DNA from: Eledone cirrhosa
Taxonomy: Eukaryota
Assembly (NCBI GenBank): GCA_964016885.1
Contig: OZ024762.1
Location: forward strand, 29,512,001-29,576,000
DNA: 64,000 bases
Reading direction: 5' to 3'
The notes under the pieces were generated by a model. The model saw only the letters and a list, made by a program, of their open reading frames with translations. It was not told where the DNA came from and ran no database searches. The first letter of the stretch is position 1, and every line of letters begins with the position of its first letter. Shown here piece by piece: positions 25,062 to 37,200 of the stretch. Position numbers and translations under genes: made by a program.

Positions 25062-28000
25062 ATAGAGGGTCAGATGTCAGGTTAGGGTGGTGGGTTGGTA
25101 GTAAGGGTAGAGGGTCAGATGTCAGGTTAGGGTGGTGGGTTGGCAGTATTGGTAGAGGGTCAGATGTCATGTTAGGGTGGTGGGTTTGCAATATTGGTAG
25201 AGGGTCAGATGTCAGGTTAGGGTGGTGGGTTGGCAGTATTGGTAGAGGGTCAGATGTCAGGTTAGGGAGGTGGTTTGGCAATATTGGTAGAGGGTCAGAT
25301 GTCAGGTTAGGGTGGTGGTTTGGCAGTATTGGTAGAGGGTCAGATGTCATGTTAGGGTGGTGGTTTGGCAGTAAGGGTAGAGGGTCAGATGTCATGTTAG
25401 GGTGGTGGGTTGGCAGTAAGGGTAGAGGGTCAGATGTCATGTTAGGGTGGTGGGTTGGCAGTATTGGTAGAGGGTCAGACGCCATGTTAGGGTGGTGGGT
25501 TGGCAGTATTGGTAGAGGGTCAGATGTCATGTTAGGGTGGTGGGTTGGCAGTATTGGTAGAGGGTCAGATGTCATGTTAGGGTGGTGGGTTGGCAGTATT
25601 GGTAGAGGGTCAGATGTCAGGTTAGGGTGGTGGGTTGGCAGTAAGGGTAGAGGGTCAGATGTCAGGTTAGTGTGGTGGGTTGCCAGTATTGGTAGAGGGT
25701 CAGATGTCAGGTTAGGGTGGTGGGTTGGCAGTATTGGTAGAGGGTTAGATGTCAGGTTAGGGTGGTGGGTTGGCAGTATTGGTAGAGGGTCAGACGCCAT
25801 GTTAGGGTGGTGGGTTGGCAGTATTGGTAGAGGGTCAGATGTCAGGTTAGGGTGGTGGGTTGGCAGTAAGGGTAGAGGGTCAGATGTCAGGTTAGGGTGG
25901 TGGGTTGGCAGTAGGGTAGAGGGTCAGATGTCAGGTTAGGGTGGTGGGTTGGCAGTATTGGTAGAGGGTCAGATGTCAGGTTAGGGTGGTGGGTTGGCAG
26001 TATTGGTAGAGGGTCAGATGTCAGGTTAGGGTGGTGGATTTGCAGTATTGGTAGAGGGTCAGATGTCAGGTTAGGGTGGTGGGTTGGCAGTAAGGGTAGA
26101 GGGTCAGACACCATGTTAGGGGGGTGGGTTGGCGGTAAGGGTAGAGGGTCAGACACCATGTTAGGGTGATGGGTTGGCAGTAAGGGTAGAGGGTCAGATG
26201 CCATGTTAGGGTGGTGGGTTGGCAGTAAGGGTAGAGGGTCAGATGCCATGTTAGGGTGGTGGGTTGGCAGTAAGGGTAGAGGGTCAGATGTCATGTTAGG
26301 GTGGTGGTTTGGCAGTAAGGGTAGAGGGTCAGATGTCAGGTTAGGGTGGTGGGTTGTCAGTAAGGGTAGAGGGTCAGATGTCAGGTTAGGGTGGTGGGTT
26401 GGCAGTAAGGGTAGAGGGTCAGATGTCAGGTTAGGGTGGTGGGTTGTCAGTAAGGGTAGAGGGTCAGATGTCAGGTTAGGGTGGTGGGTTGTCAGTAAGG
26501 GTAGAGGGTCAGATGTCAGGTTAGGGTGGTGGGTTGGCAGTAAGGGTAGAGGGTCAGATGTCAGGTTAGGGTGGTGGGTTGGCAGTAAGGGTAGAGGGTC
26601 AGATGTCATGTTAGGGTGGTGGGTTGGCAGTAAGGGTAGAGGGTCAGATGTCATGTTAGGGTGGTGGGTTGTCAGTAAGGGTAGAGGGTCAGATGTCAGG
26701 TTAGGGTGGTGGGTTGGCAGTAAGGGTAGAGGGTCAGATGTCAGGTTAGGGTGGTGGGTTGTCAGTAAGGGTAGAGGGTCAGATGTCAGGTTAGGGTGGT
26801 GGGTTGGCAGTAAGGGTAGAGGGTCAGATGTCAGGTTAGGGTGGTGGGTTGGCAGTAAGGGTAGAGGGTCAGATGTCATGTTAGGGTGGTGGGTTGGCAG
26901 TAAGGGTAGAGGGTCAGATGTCATGTTAGAGTGGTGGGTTGGCAGTAAGGGTAGAGGGTCAGACACCATGTTAGGGTGGTGGGTTGGCAGTAAGGGTAGA
27001 GGGTCAGATGTCATGTTAGGGTGGTGGGTTGGCAGTAAGGGTAGAGGGTCAGATGTCGGGTTAGGGTGGTGGGTTGTCAGTAAGGGTAGAGGGTCAGATG
27101 TCAGGTTAGGGTGGTGGGTTGGCAGTAAGGGTAGAGAGTCAGATGTCAGGTTAGGGTGGTGGGTTGGCAGTAAGGGTAGAGGGTCAGATGTCAGGTTAGG
27201 GTGGTGGGTTGGCAGTAAGGGTAGAGGGTCAGATGTTAGGTTAGGGTGATGGGTTGGCAGTATTGGTAGAGGGTCAGATGTCAGGTTAGGGTGGTGGGTT
27301 GGCAGTATTGGTAGATGGTCAGATGTCAGGTTAGGGTGGTGGGTTGAACGTATTGGTAGAGGGTCAGATGTCAGGTTAGGGTGGTGGGTTGGCAGTAAGG
27401 GTAGAGGGTCAGACACCATGTTAGGGTGGTGGGTTGGCGGTAAGGGTAGAGGGTCAGACACCATGTTAGGGTGATGGGTTGGCAGTAAGGGTAGAGGGTC
27501 AGATGCCATGTTAGGGTGGTGGGTTGGCAGTAAGGGTAGAGGGTCAGATGTCATGTTAGGGTGGTGGGTTGGCAGTAAGGGTAGAGGGTCAGATGTCATG
27601 TTAGGGTGGTGGTTTGGCAGTAAGGGTAGAGGGTCAGATGTCAGGTTAGGGTGGTGGGTTGTCAGTAAGGGTAGAGGGTCAGATGTCAGGTTAGGGTGGT
27701 GGGTTGGCAGTAAGGGTAGAGGGTCAGATGTCAGGTTAGGGTGGTGGGTTGTCAGTAAGGGTAGAGGGTCAGATGTCAGGTTAGGGTGGTGGGTTGTCAG
27801 TAAGGGTAGAGGGTCAGATGTCAGGTTAGGGTGGTGGGTTGGCAGTAAGGGTAGAGGGTCAGATGTCAGGTTAGGGTGGTGGGTTGGCAGTAAGGGTAGA
27901 GGGTCAGATGTCATGTTAGAGTGGTGGGTTGGCAGTAAGGGTAGAGGGTCAGACACCATGTTAGGGTGGTGGGTTGGCAGTAAGGGTAGAGGGTCAGATG

Positions 28001-31000
28001 TCATGTTAGGGTGGTGGGTTGGCAGTAAGGGTAGAGGGTCAGATGTCAGGTTAGGGTGGTGGGTTGTCAGTAAGGGTAGAGGGTCAGATGTCAGGTTAGG
28101 GTGGTGGGTTGGCAGTAAGGGTAGAGGGTCAGATGTCAGGTTAGGGTGGTGGGTTGGCAGTAAGGGTAGAGGGTCAGATGTCAGGTTAGGGTGGTGGGTT
28201 GGCAGTAAGGGTAGAGGGTCAGATGTTAGGTTAGGGTGGTGGGTTGGCAGTATTGGTAGAGGGTCAGATGTCAGGTTAGGGTGGTGGGTTGGCAGTATTG
28301 GTAGAGGGTCAGATGTCAGGTTAGGGTGGTGGGTTGAACGTATTGGTAGAGGGTCAGATGTCAGGTTAGGGTGGTGGGTTGGCAGTAAGGGTAGAGGGTC
28401 AGACACCATGTTAGGGTGGTGGGTTGGCAGTAAGGGTAGAGGGTCAGACACCATGTTAGGGTGATCGGTTGGCAGTAAGGGTAGAGGGTCAGATGCCATG
28501 TTAGGGTGGTGGGTTGGCAGTAAGTGTAGAGGGTCAGATGCCATGTTAGGGTGGTGGGTTGGCAGTATGGGTAGAGGGTCAGATGTCATGTTAGGGTGGT
28601 GGGTTGGCAGTAAGGGTAGAGGGTCAGACACCATGTTAGGGTGGTGGGTTGGCGGTAAGGGTAGAGGGTCAGACACCATGTTAGGGTGATGGGTTGGCAG
28701 TAAGGGTAGAGGGTCAGATGCCATGTTAGGGTGGTGGGTTGGCAGTAAGGGTAGAGGGTCAGATGCCATGTTAGGGTGGTGGGTTGGCAGTAAGGGTAGA
28801 GGGTCAGATGTCATGTTAGGGTGGTGGTTTGGCAGTAAGGGTAGAGGGTCAGATGTCAGGTTAGGGTGGTGGGTTGTCAGTAAGGGTAGAGGGTCAGATG
28901 TCAGGTTAGGGTGGTGCGTTGGCAGTAAGGGTAGAGGGTCAGATGTCAGGTTAGGGTGGTGGGTTGTCAATAAGGGTAGAGGGTCAGATGTCAGGTTAGG
29001 GTGGTGGGTTGGCAGTAAGGGTAGAGGGTCAGATGTCAGGTTAGAGTGGTGGGTTGGCAGTAAGGGTAGAGGGTCAGATGTCAGGTTAGGGTGGTGGGTT
29101 GGCAGTAAGGGTAGAGGGTCAGATGTCATGTTAGGGTGGTGGGTTGGCAGTAAGGGTAGAGGGTCAGATGTCATGTTAGAGTGGTGGGTTGGCAGTAAGG
29201 GTAGAGGGTCAGACACCATGTTAGGGTGGTGGGTTGGCAGTAAGGGTAGAGGGTCAGATGTCATGTTAGGGTGGTGGGTTGGCAGTAAGGGTAGAGGGTC
29301 AGATGTCAGGTTAGGGTGGTGGGTTGTCAGTAAGGGTAGAGGGTCAGATGTCAGGTTAGGGTGGTGGGTTGGCAGTAAGGGTAGAGGGTCAGATGTCAGG
29401 TTAGGGTGGTGGGTTGTCAGTAAGGGTAGAGGGTCAGATGTCAGGTTAGGGTGGTGGGTTGGCAGTAAGGGTAGAGGGTCAGATGTCATGTTAGGGTGGT
29501 GGGTTGGCAGTAAGGGTAGAGGGTCAGATGTCATGTTAGAGTGGTGGGTTGGCAGTAAGGGTAGGGTCAGACACCATGTTAGGGTGGTGGGTTGGCAGTA
29601 ACGGTAGAGGGTCAGATGTCATGTTAGGGTGGTGGGTTGGCAGTAAGGGTAGAGGGTCAGATGTCAGGTTAGGGTGGTGGGTTGTCAGTAAGGGTAGAGG
29701 GTCAGATGTCAGGTTAGGGTGGTGGGTTGGCAGTAAGGGTAGAGGGTCAGATGTCAGGTTAGGGTGGTGGGTTGGCAGTAAGGGTAGAGGGTCAGATGTC
29801 AGGTTAGGGTGGTGGGTTGCCAGTAAGGGTAGAGGGTCAGATGTTAGGTTAGGGTGGTGGGTTGGCAGTATTGGTAGAGGGTCAGATGTCAGGTTAGGGT
29901 GGTGGGTTGGCAGTATTGGTAGAGGGTCAGATGTCAGGTTAGGGTGGTGGGTTGAACGTATTGGTAGAGGGTCAGATGTCAGGTTAGGGTGGTGGGTTGG
30001 CAGTAAGGGTAGAGGGTCAGACACCATGTTAGGGTGGTGGGTTGGCAGTAAGGGTAGAGGGTCAGACACCATGTTAGGGTGATGGGTTGGCAGTAAGGGT
30101 AGAGGGTCAGATGCCATGTTAGGGTGGTGGGTTGGCAGTAAGTGTAGAGGGTCAGATGCCATGTTAGGGTCGTGGGTTGGCAGTAAGGGTAGAGGGTCAG
30201 ATGTCAGGTTAGGGTGGTGGGTTGTCAGTAAGGGTAGAGGGTCAGATGTCAGGTTAGGGTGGTGGGTTGGCAGTAAGGGTAGAGGGTCAGATGTCAGGTT
30301 AGGGTGGTGGGTTGTCAGTAAGGGTAGAGGGTCAGATGTCAGGTTAGGGTGGTGGGTTGTCAGTAAGGGTAGAGGGTCAGATGTCAGGTTAGGGTGGTGG
30401 GTTGGCAGTAAGGGTAGAGGGTCAGATGTCAGGTTAGGGTGGTGGGTTGGCAGTAAGGGTAGAGGGTCAGATGTCATGTTAGGGTGGTGGGTTGGCAGTA
30501 AGGGTAGAGGGTCAGATGTCATGTTAGGGTGGTGGGTTGGCAGTAAGGGTAGAGGGTCAGACACCATGTTAGGGTGGTGGGTTGGCAGTAAGTGTAGAAG
30601 TTCAGATGTCATGTTAGGGTGGTGGGTTGGCAGTAAGGGTAGAGGGTCAGATGTCAGGTTAGGGTGGTGGGTTGGCAGTAAGGGTAGAGGGTCAGATGTC
30701 AGGTTAGGGTGGTGGGTTGTCAGTAAGGGTAGAGGGTCAGATGTCAGGTTAGGGTGGTGGGTTGTCAGTAAGGGTAGAGGGTCAGATGTCAGGTTAGGGT
30801 GGTGGGTTGGCAGTAAGGGTAGAGGGTCAGATGTCAGGTTAGGGTGGTGGGTTGGCAGTATTGGTAGAGGGTCAGATGTCAGGTTAGGGTGGTGGGTTGG
30901 CAGTATTGGTAGAGGGTCAGATGCCATGTTAGGGTGGTGTGTTGACAGTATTGGTAGAGGGTCAGATGTCAGGTTAGGGTGGTGGATTGGCAGTATTGGT

Positions 31001-31269
31001 AGAGGGTCAGATGTCATGTTAGGGTGGTGGGTTGGCAGTATTGGTAGAGGGTCAGATGTCAGGTTAGGGTGGTGGGTTGGCAGTATTGGTAGAGGGTCAG
31101 ATGTCAGGTTAGGGTGGTGGGTTGGTAGTAAGGGTAGAGGGTCAGATGTCATGTTAGGGTGGTGGGTTGGCAGTATTGGTAGAGGGTCAGATGTCATGCT
31201 AGGGTGGTGGGTTGGCAGTAAGGGTAGAGGGTCAGATGTCAGGTTAGGGTGGTGGGTTGGCAGTATTGG

Positions 31270-34200
31270 TTAGAGGGTCAGATGTCAGGTTAGGGTGGTG
31301 GGTTGGTAGTAAGGGTAGAGGGTCAGATGTCAGGTAGGGTGGTGGGTTGGCAGTATTGGTAGAGGGTCAGATGTCATGTTAGGGTGGTGGGTTGGCAGTA
31401 AGGGTAGAGGGTCCGATGTCATGTTAGGGTGGTGGGTTGGCAGTAAGGGTAGAGGGTCAGACACCATGTTAGGGTGGTGGGTTGGCAGTAAGGGTAGAGG
31501 GTCAGATGTCATGTTAGGGTGGTGGGTTGTCAGTAAGGGTAGAGGGTCAGATGTCAGGTTAGGGTGGTGGGTTGTCAGTAAGGGTAGAGGGTCAGATGTC
31601 AGGTTAGGGTGGTGGGTTGGCAGTAAGGGTAGAGGGTCAGATGTCATGTTAGGGTGGTGGGTTTGCAATATTGGTAGAGGGTCAGATGTCAGGTTAGGGT
31701 GGTGGGTTGGCAGTATTGGTAGAGGGTCACATGTCAGGTTAGGGAGGTGGTTTGGCAATATTGGTAGAGGGTCAGATGTCAGGTTAGGGTGGTGGTTTGG
31801 CAGTATTGGTAGAGGGTCAGATGTCATGTTAGGGTGGTGGTTTGGCAGTAAGGGTAGAGGGTCAGATGTCATGTTAGGGTGGTGGGTTGGCAGTAAGGGT
31901 AGAGGGTCAGATGTCATGTTAGGGTGGTGGGTTGGCAGTAAGGGTAGAGGGTCAGATGTCAGGTTAGGGTGGTGGGTTGGCAGTATTGGTAGAGGGTCAG
32001 ATGTCAGGTTAGGGTGGTGGGTTGGCAGTATTGGTAGAGGGTCAGATGTCAGGTTAGGGTGGTGGGTTGGCAGTATTGGTAGAGGGTCAGATGTCAGGTT
32101 AGGGTGGTGGGTTGTCAGTAAGGGTAGAGGGTCAGATGTCAGGTTAGGGTGGTGGGTTGTCAGTAAGGGTAGAGGGTCAGATGTCAGGTTAGGGTGGTGG
32201 GTTGGCAGTAAGGGTAGAGGGTCAGATGTCAGGTTAGGGTGGTGGGTTGGCAGTAAGGGTAGAGGGTCAGATGTCATGCTAGGGTGGTGGGTTGGCAGTA
32301 AGGGTAGAGGGTCAGATGTCATGTTAGGGTGGTGGGTTGGCAGTAAGGGTAGAGGGTCAGACACCATGTTAGGGTGGTGGGTTGGCAGTAAGTGTAGAAG
32401 TTCAGATGTCATGTTAGGGTGGTGGTTTGGCAGTAAGGGTAGAGGGTCAGATGTCATGTTAGGGTGGTGGGTTGGCAGTAAGGGTAGAGGGTCAGATGTC
32501 AGGTTAGGGTGGTGGGTTGTCAGTAAGGGTAGAGGGTCAGATGTCAGGTTAGGGTGGTGGGTTGTCAGTAAGGGTAGAGGGTCAGATGTCAGGTTAGGGT
32601 GGTGGGTTGGCAGTAAGGGTAGAGGGTCAGATGTCAGGTTAGGGTGGTGGGTTGGCAGTATTGGTAGAGGGTCAGATGTCAGGTTAGGGTGGTGGGTTGG
32701 CAGTATTGGTAGAGGGTCAGATGCCATGTTAGGGTGGTGTGTTGGCAGTATTGGTAGAGGGTCAGATGTCAGGTTAGGGTGGTGGATTGGCAGTATTGGT
32801 AGAGGGTCAGATGTCATGTTAGGGTGGTGGGTTGGCAGTATTGGTAGAGGGTCAGATGTCAGGTTAGGGTGGTGGGTTGGCAGTATTGGTAGAGGGTCAG
32901 ATGTCAGGTTAGGGTGGTGGGTTGGTAGTAAGGGTAGAGGGTCAGATGTCATGTTAGGGTGGTGGGTTGGCAGTATTGGTAGAGGGTCAGATGTCATGCT
33001 AGGGTGGTGGGTTGGCAGTAAGGGTAGAGGGTCAGATGTCAGGTTAGGGTGGTGGGTTGGCAGTATTGGTTAGAGGGTCAGATGTCAGGTTAGGGTAATG
33101 GGTTGGTAGTAAGGGTAGAGGGTCAGATGTCAGGTTAGGGTGGTGGGTTGGCAGTATTGGTAGAGGGTCAGATGTCATGTTAGGGTGGTGGGTTGGCAGT
33201 AAGGGTAGAGGGTCCGATGTCATGTTAGGGTGGTGGGTTGGCAGTAAGGGTAGAGGGTCAGACACCATGTTAGGGTGGTGGGTTGCCAGTAAGGGTAGAG
33301 GGTCAGATGTCATGTTAGGGTGGTGGGTTGGAAGTAAGGGTAGAGGGTCAGATGTCAGGTTAGGGTGGTGGGTTGTCAGTAAGGGTAGAGGGTCAGATGT
33401 CAGGTTAGGGTGGTGGGTTGGCAGTAAGGGTAGAGGGTCAGATGTCATGTTAGGGTGGTGGGTTTGCAATATTGGTAGAGGGTCAGATGTCATGTTAGGG
33501 TGGTGGTTTGGCAGTAAGGGTAGAGGGTCAGATGTCATGTTAGGGTGGTGGGTTGGCAGTAAGGGTAGAGGGTCAGATGTCATGTTAGGGTGGTGGGTTG
33601 GCAGTATTGGTAGAGGGTCAGACGCCATGTTAGGGTGGTGGGTTGGCAGTATTGGTAGAGGGTCAGATGTCATGTTAGGGTGGTGGGTTGGCAGTATTGG
33701 TAGAGGGTCAGATGTCATGTTAGGGTGGTGGGTTGGCAGTATTGGTAGAGGGTCAGATGTCAGGTTAGGGTGGTGGGTTGGCAGTAAGGGTAGAGGGTCA
33801 GATGTCAGGTTAGTGTGGTGGGTTGCCAGTATTGGTAGAGGGTCAGATGTCAGGTTAGGGTGGTGGGTTGGCAGTATTGGTAGAGGGTCAGATGTCAGGT
33901 TAGGGTGGTGGGTTGGCAGTATTGGTAGAGGGTCAGATGTCATGTTAGGGTGGTGGGTTGGCAGTATTGGTAGAGGGTCAGATGTCATGTTAGGGTGGTG
34001 GGTTGGCAGTATTGGTAGAGGGTCAGATGTCAGGTTAGGGTGGTGGGTTGGCAGTAAGGGTAGAGGGTCAGATGTCAGGTTAGGGTGGTGGGTTGCCAGT
34101 ATTGGTAGAGGGTCAGATGTCAGGTTAGGGTGGTGGGTTGGCAGTATTGGTAGAGGGTCAGATGTCAGGTTAGGATGGTGGGTTGGCAGTATTGGTAGAG

Positions 34201-37200
34201 GGTCAGACGCCATGTTAGGGTGGTGGGTTGGCAGTATTGGTAGAGGGTCAGATGTCATGTTAGGGTGGTGGGTTGGCAGTATTTGTAGAGGGTTAGATGT
34301 CAGGTTAGGGTGGTGGGTTGGCAGTAAGGGTAGAGGGTCAGATGTCAGGTTAGGGTGGTGGGTTGCCAGTATTGGTAGAGGGTCAGATGTCAGGTTAGGG
34401 TGGTGGGTTGGCAGTATTGGTAGAGGGTCAGATGTCAGGTTAGGGTGGTGGGTTGGCAGTATTGGTAGAGGGTCAGATGTCAGGTTAGGGTGGTGGGTTG
34501 GCAGTAAGGGTAGAGGGTCAGATGTCAGGTTAGGGTGGTGGGTTGGCAGTATTGGTAGAGGGTCAGATGTCATGTTAGGGTGGTGGGTTGGCAGTATTGG
34601 TAGAGGGTCAGATGTCATGTTAGGGTGGTGGGTTGGCAGTATTGGTAGAGGATCAGATGTCATGTTAGGGTGGTGGGTTGGCAGTATTGGTAGAGGGTCA
34701 GATGTCAGGTTAGGGTGGTGGGTTGGCAGTAAGGGTAGAGGGTCAGATGTCAGGTTAGGGTGGTGGGTTGGCAGTAAGGGTAGAGGGTCAGATGTCAGGT
34801 TAGGGTGGTGGGTTGGCAGTATTGGTAGAGGGTCAGATGTCAGGCTAGGGTGGTGGGTTGGCAGTATTGGTAGAGGGTCAGATGTCAGGTTAGGGTGGTG
34901 GGTTGGCAGTATTGGTAGAGGGTCAGATGTCAGGTTAGGGTGGTGGGTTGGCAGTAAGGGTAGAGGGTCAGACACCATGTTAGGGTGGTGGGTTGGCAGT
35001 AAGGGTAGAGGGTCAGACACCATGTTAGGGTGATGGGTTGGCAGTAAGGGTTGAGGGTCAGATGCCATGTTAGCGTGGTGGGTTGGCAGTAAGGGTAGAG
35101 GGTCAGATGTCATGTTAGGGTGGTGGTTTGGCAGTAAGGGTAGAGGCTCAGATGTCAGGTTAGGGTGGTGGGTTGTCAGTAAGGGTAGAGGGTCAGATGT
35201 CAGGTTAGGGTGGTGGGTTGGCAGTAAGGGTAGAGTGTCAGATGTCAGGTTAGGGTGGTGGGTTGTCAGTAAGGGTAGAGGGTCAGATGTCAGGTTAGGG
35301 TGGTGGGTTGTCAGTAAGGGTAGAGGGTCAGATGTCAGGTTAGGGTGGTGGGTTGGCAGTAAGGGTAGAGGGTCAGATGTCATGTTAGGGTGGTGGGTTG
35401 TCAGTAAGGGTAGAGGGTCAGATGTCAGGTTAGGGTGGTGGGTTGGCAGTAAGGGTAGAGGGTCAGATGTCAGGTTAGGGTGGTGGGTTGGCAGTAAGGG
35501 TAGAGGGTCAGATGTCATGTTAGGGTGGTGGGTTGGCAGTAAGGGTAGAGGGTCAGATGTCATGTTAGGGTGGTGGGTTGGCAGTAAGGGTAGAGGGTCA
35601 GACACCATGTTAGGGTGGTGGGTTGGCAGTAAGGGTAGAGGGTCGGACGCCATGTTAGGGTGGTGGGTTGGCAGTAAGGGTAGAGGGTCAGATGTCAGGT
35701 TAGGGTGGTGGGTTGTCAGTAAGGGTAGAGGGTCAGATGTCAGGTTAGGGTGGTGGGTTGGCAGTAAGGGTAGAGGGTCAGATGTCAGGTTAGGGTGGTG
35801 GGTTGGCAGTAAGGGTAGAGGGTCAGATGTCATGTTAGGGTGGTGGGTTGGCAGTAAGGGTAGAGGGTCAGATGTCATGTTAGGGTGGTGGGTTGGCAGT
35901 AAGGGTAGAGGGTCAGACACCATGTTAGGGTGGTGGGTTGGCAGTAAGTGTAGAAGTTCAGATGTCATGTTAGGGTGGTGGGTTGGCAGTAAGGGTAGAG
36001 GGTCAGATGTCAGGTTAGGGTGGTGGGTTGGCAGTAAGGGTAGAGGGTCAGATGTCAGGTTAGGGTGGTGGGTTGTCAGTAAGGCTAGAGGGTCAGATGT
36101 CAGGTTAGGGTGGTGGGTTGTCAGTAAGGGTAGAGGGTCAGATGTCAGGTTAGGGTGGTGGGTTGGCAGTAAGGGTAGAGGGTCAGATGTCAGGTTAGGG
36201 TGGTGGGTTGGCAGTATTGGTAGAGGGTCAGATGTCAGGTTAGGGTGGTGGGTTGGCAGTATTGGTAGAGGGTCAGATGCCATGTTAGGGTGGTGTGTTG
36301 ACAGTATTGGTAGAGGGTCAGATGTCAGGTTAGGGTGGTGGGTTGGCAGTATTGGTAGAGGGTCAGATGTCATGTTAGGGTGGTGGGTTGGCAGTATTGG
36401 TAGAGGGTCAGATGTCAGGTTAGGGTGGTGGGTTGGCAGTATTGGTAGAGGGTCAGATGTCAGGTTAGGGTGGTGGGTTGGTAGTAAGGGTAGAGGGTCA
36501 GATGTCATGTTAGGGTGGTGGGTTGGCAGTATTGGTAGAGGGTCAGATGTCATGCTAGGGTGGTGGGTTGGCAGTAAGGGTAGAGGGTCAGATGTCAGGT
36601 TAGGGTGGTGGGTTGGCAGTATTGGTTAGAGGGTCAGATGTCAGGTTAGGGTGGTGGGTTGGTAGTAAGGGTAGAGGGTCAGATGTCAGGTAGGGTGGTG
36701 GGTTGGCAGTATTGGTAGAGGGTCAGATGTCATGTTAGGGTGGTGGGTTGGCAGTAAGGGTAGAGGGTCCGATGTCATGTTAGGGTGGTGGGTTGGCAGT
36801 AAGGGTAGAGGGTCAGACACCATGTTAGGGTGGTGGGTTGGCAGTAAGGGTAGAGGGTCAGATGTCATGTTAGGGTGGTGGGTTGGCAGTAAGGGTAGAG
36901 GGTCAGATGTCAGGTTAGGGTGGTGGGTTGTCAGTAAGGGTAGAGGGTCAGATGTCAGGTTAGGGTGGTGGGTTGGCAGTAAGGGTAGAGGGTCAGATGT
37001 CATGTTAGGGTGGTGGGTTTGCAATATTGGTAGAGGGTCAGATGTCAGGTTAGGGTGGTGGGTTGGCAGTATTGGTAGAGGGTCACATGTCAGGTTAGGG
37101 AGGTGGTTTGGCAATATTGGTAGAGGGTCAGATGTCAGGTTAGGGTGGTGGTTTGGCAGTATTGGTAGAGGGTCAGATGTCATGTTAGGGTGGTGGTTTG

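Noticed and set aside
4560-29570. Singleton deletions at about 4567 (-1), 25913 (-1) and 29565 (-2) as meaningful features
   Set aside because: Each occurs once, in or next to short base runs or an AG dinucleotide, and is absent from sister blocks. They cannot be distinguished from sequencing or consensus error without reads.
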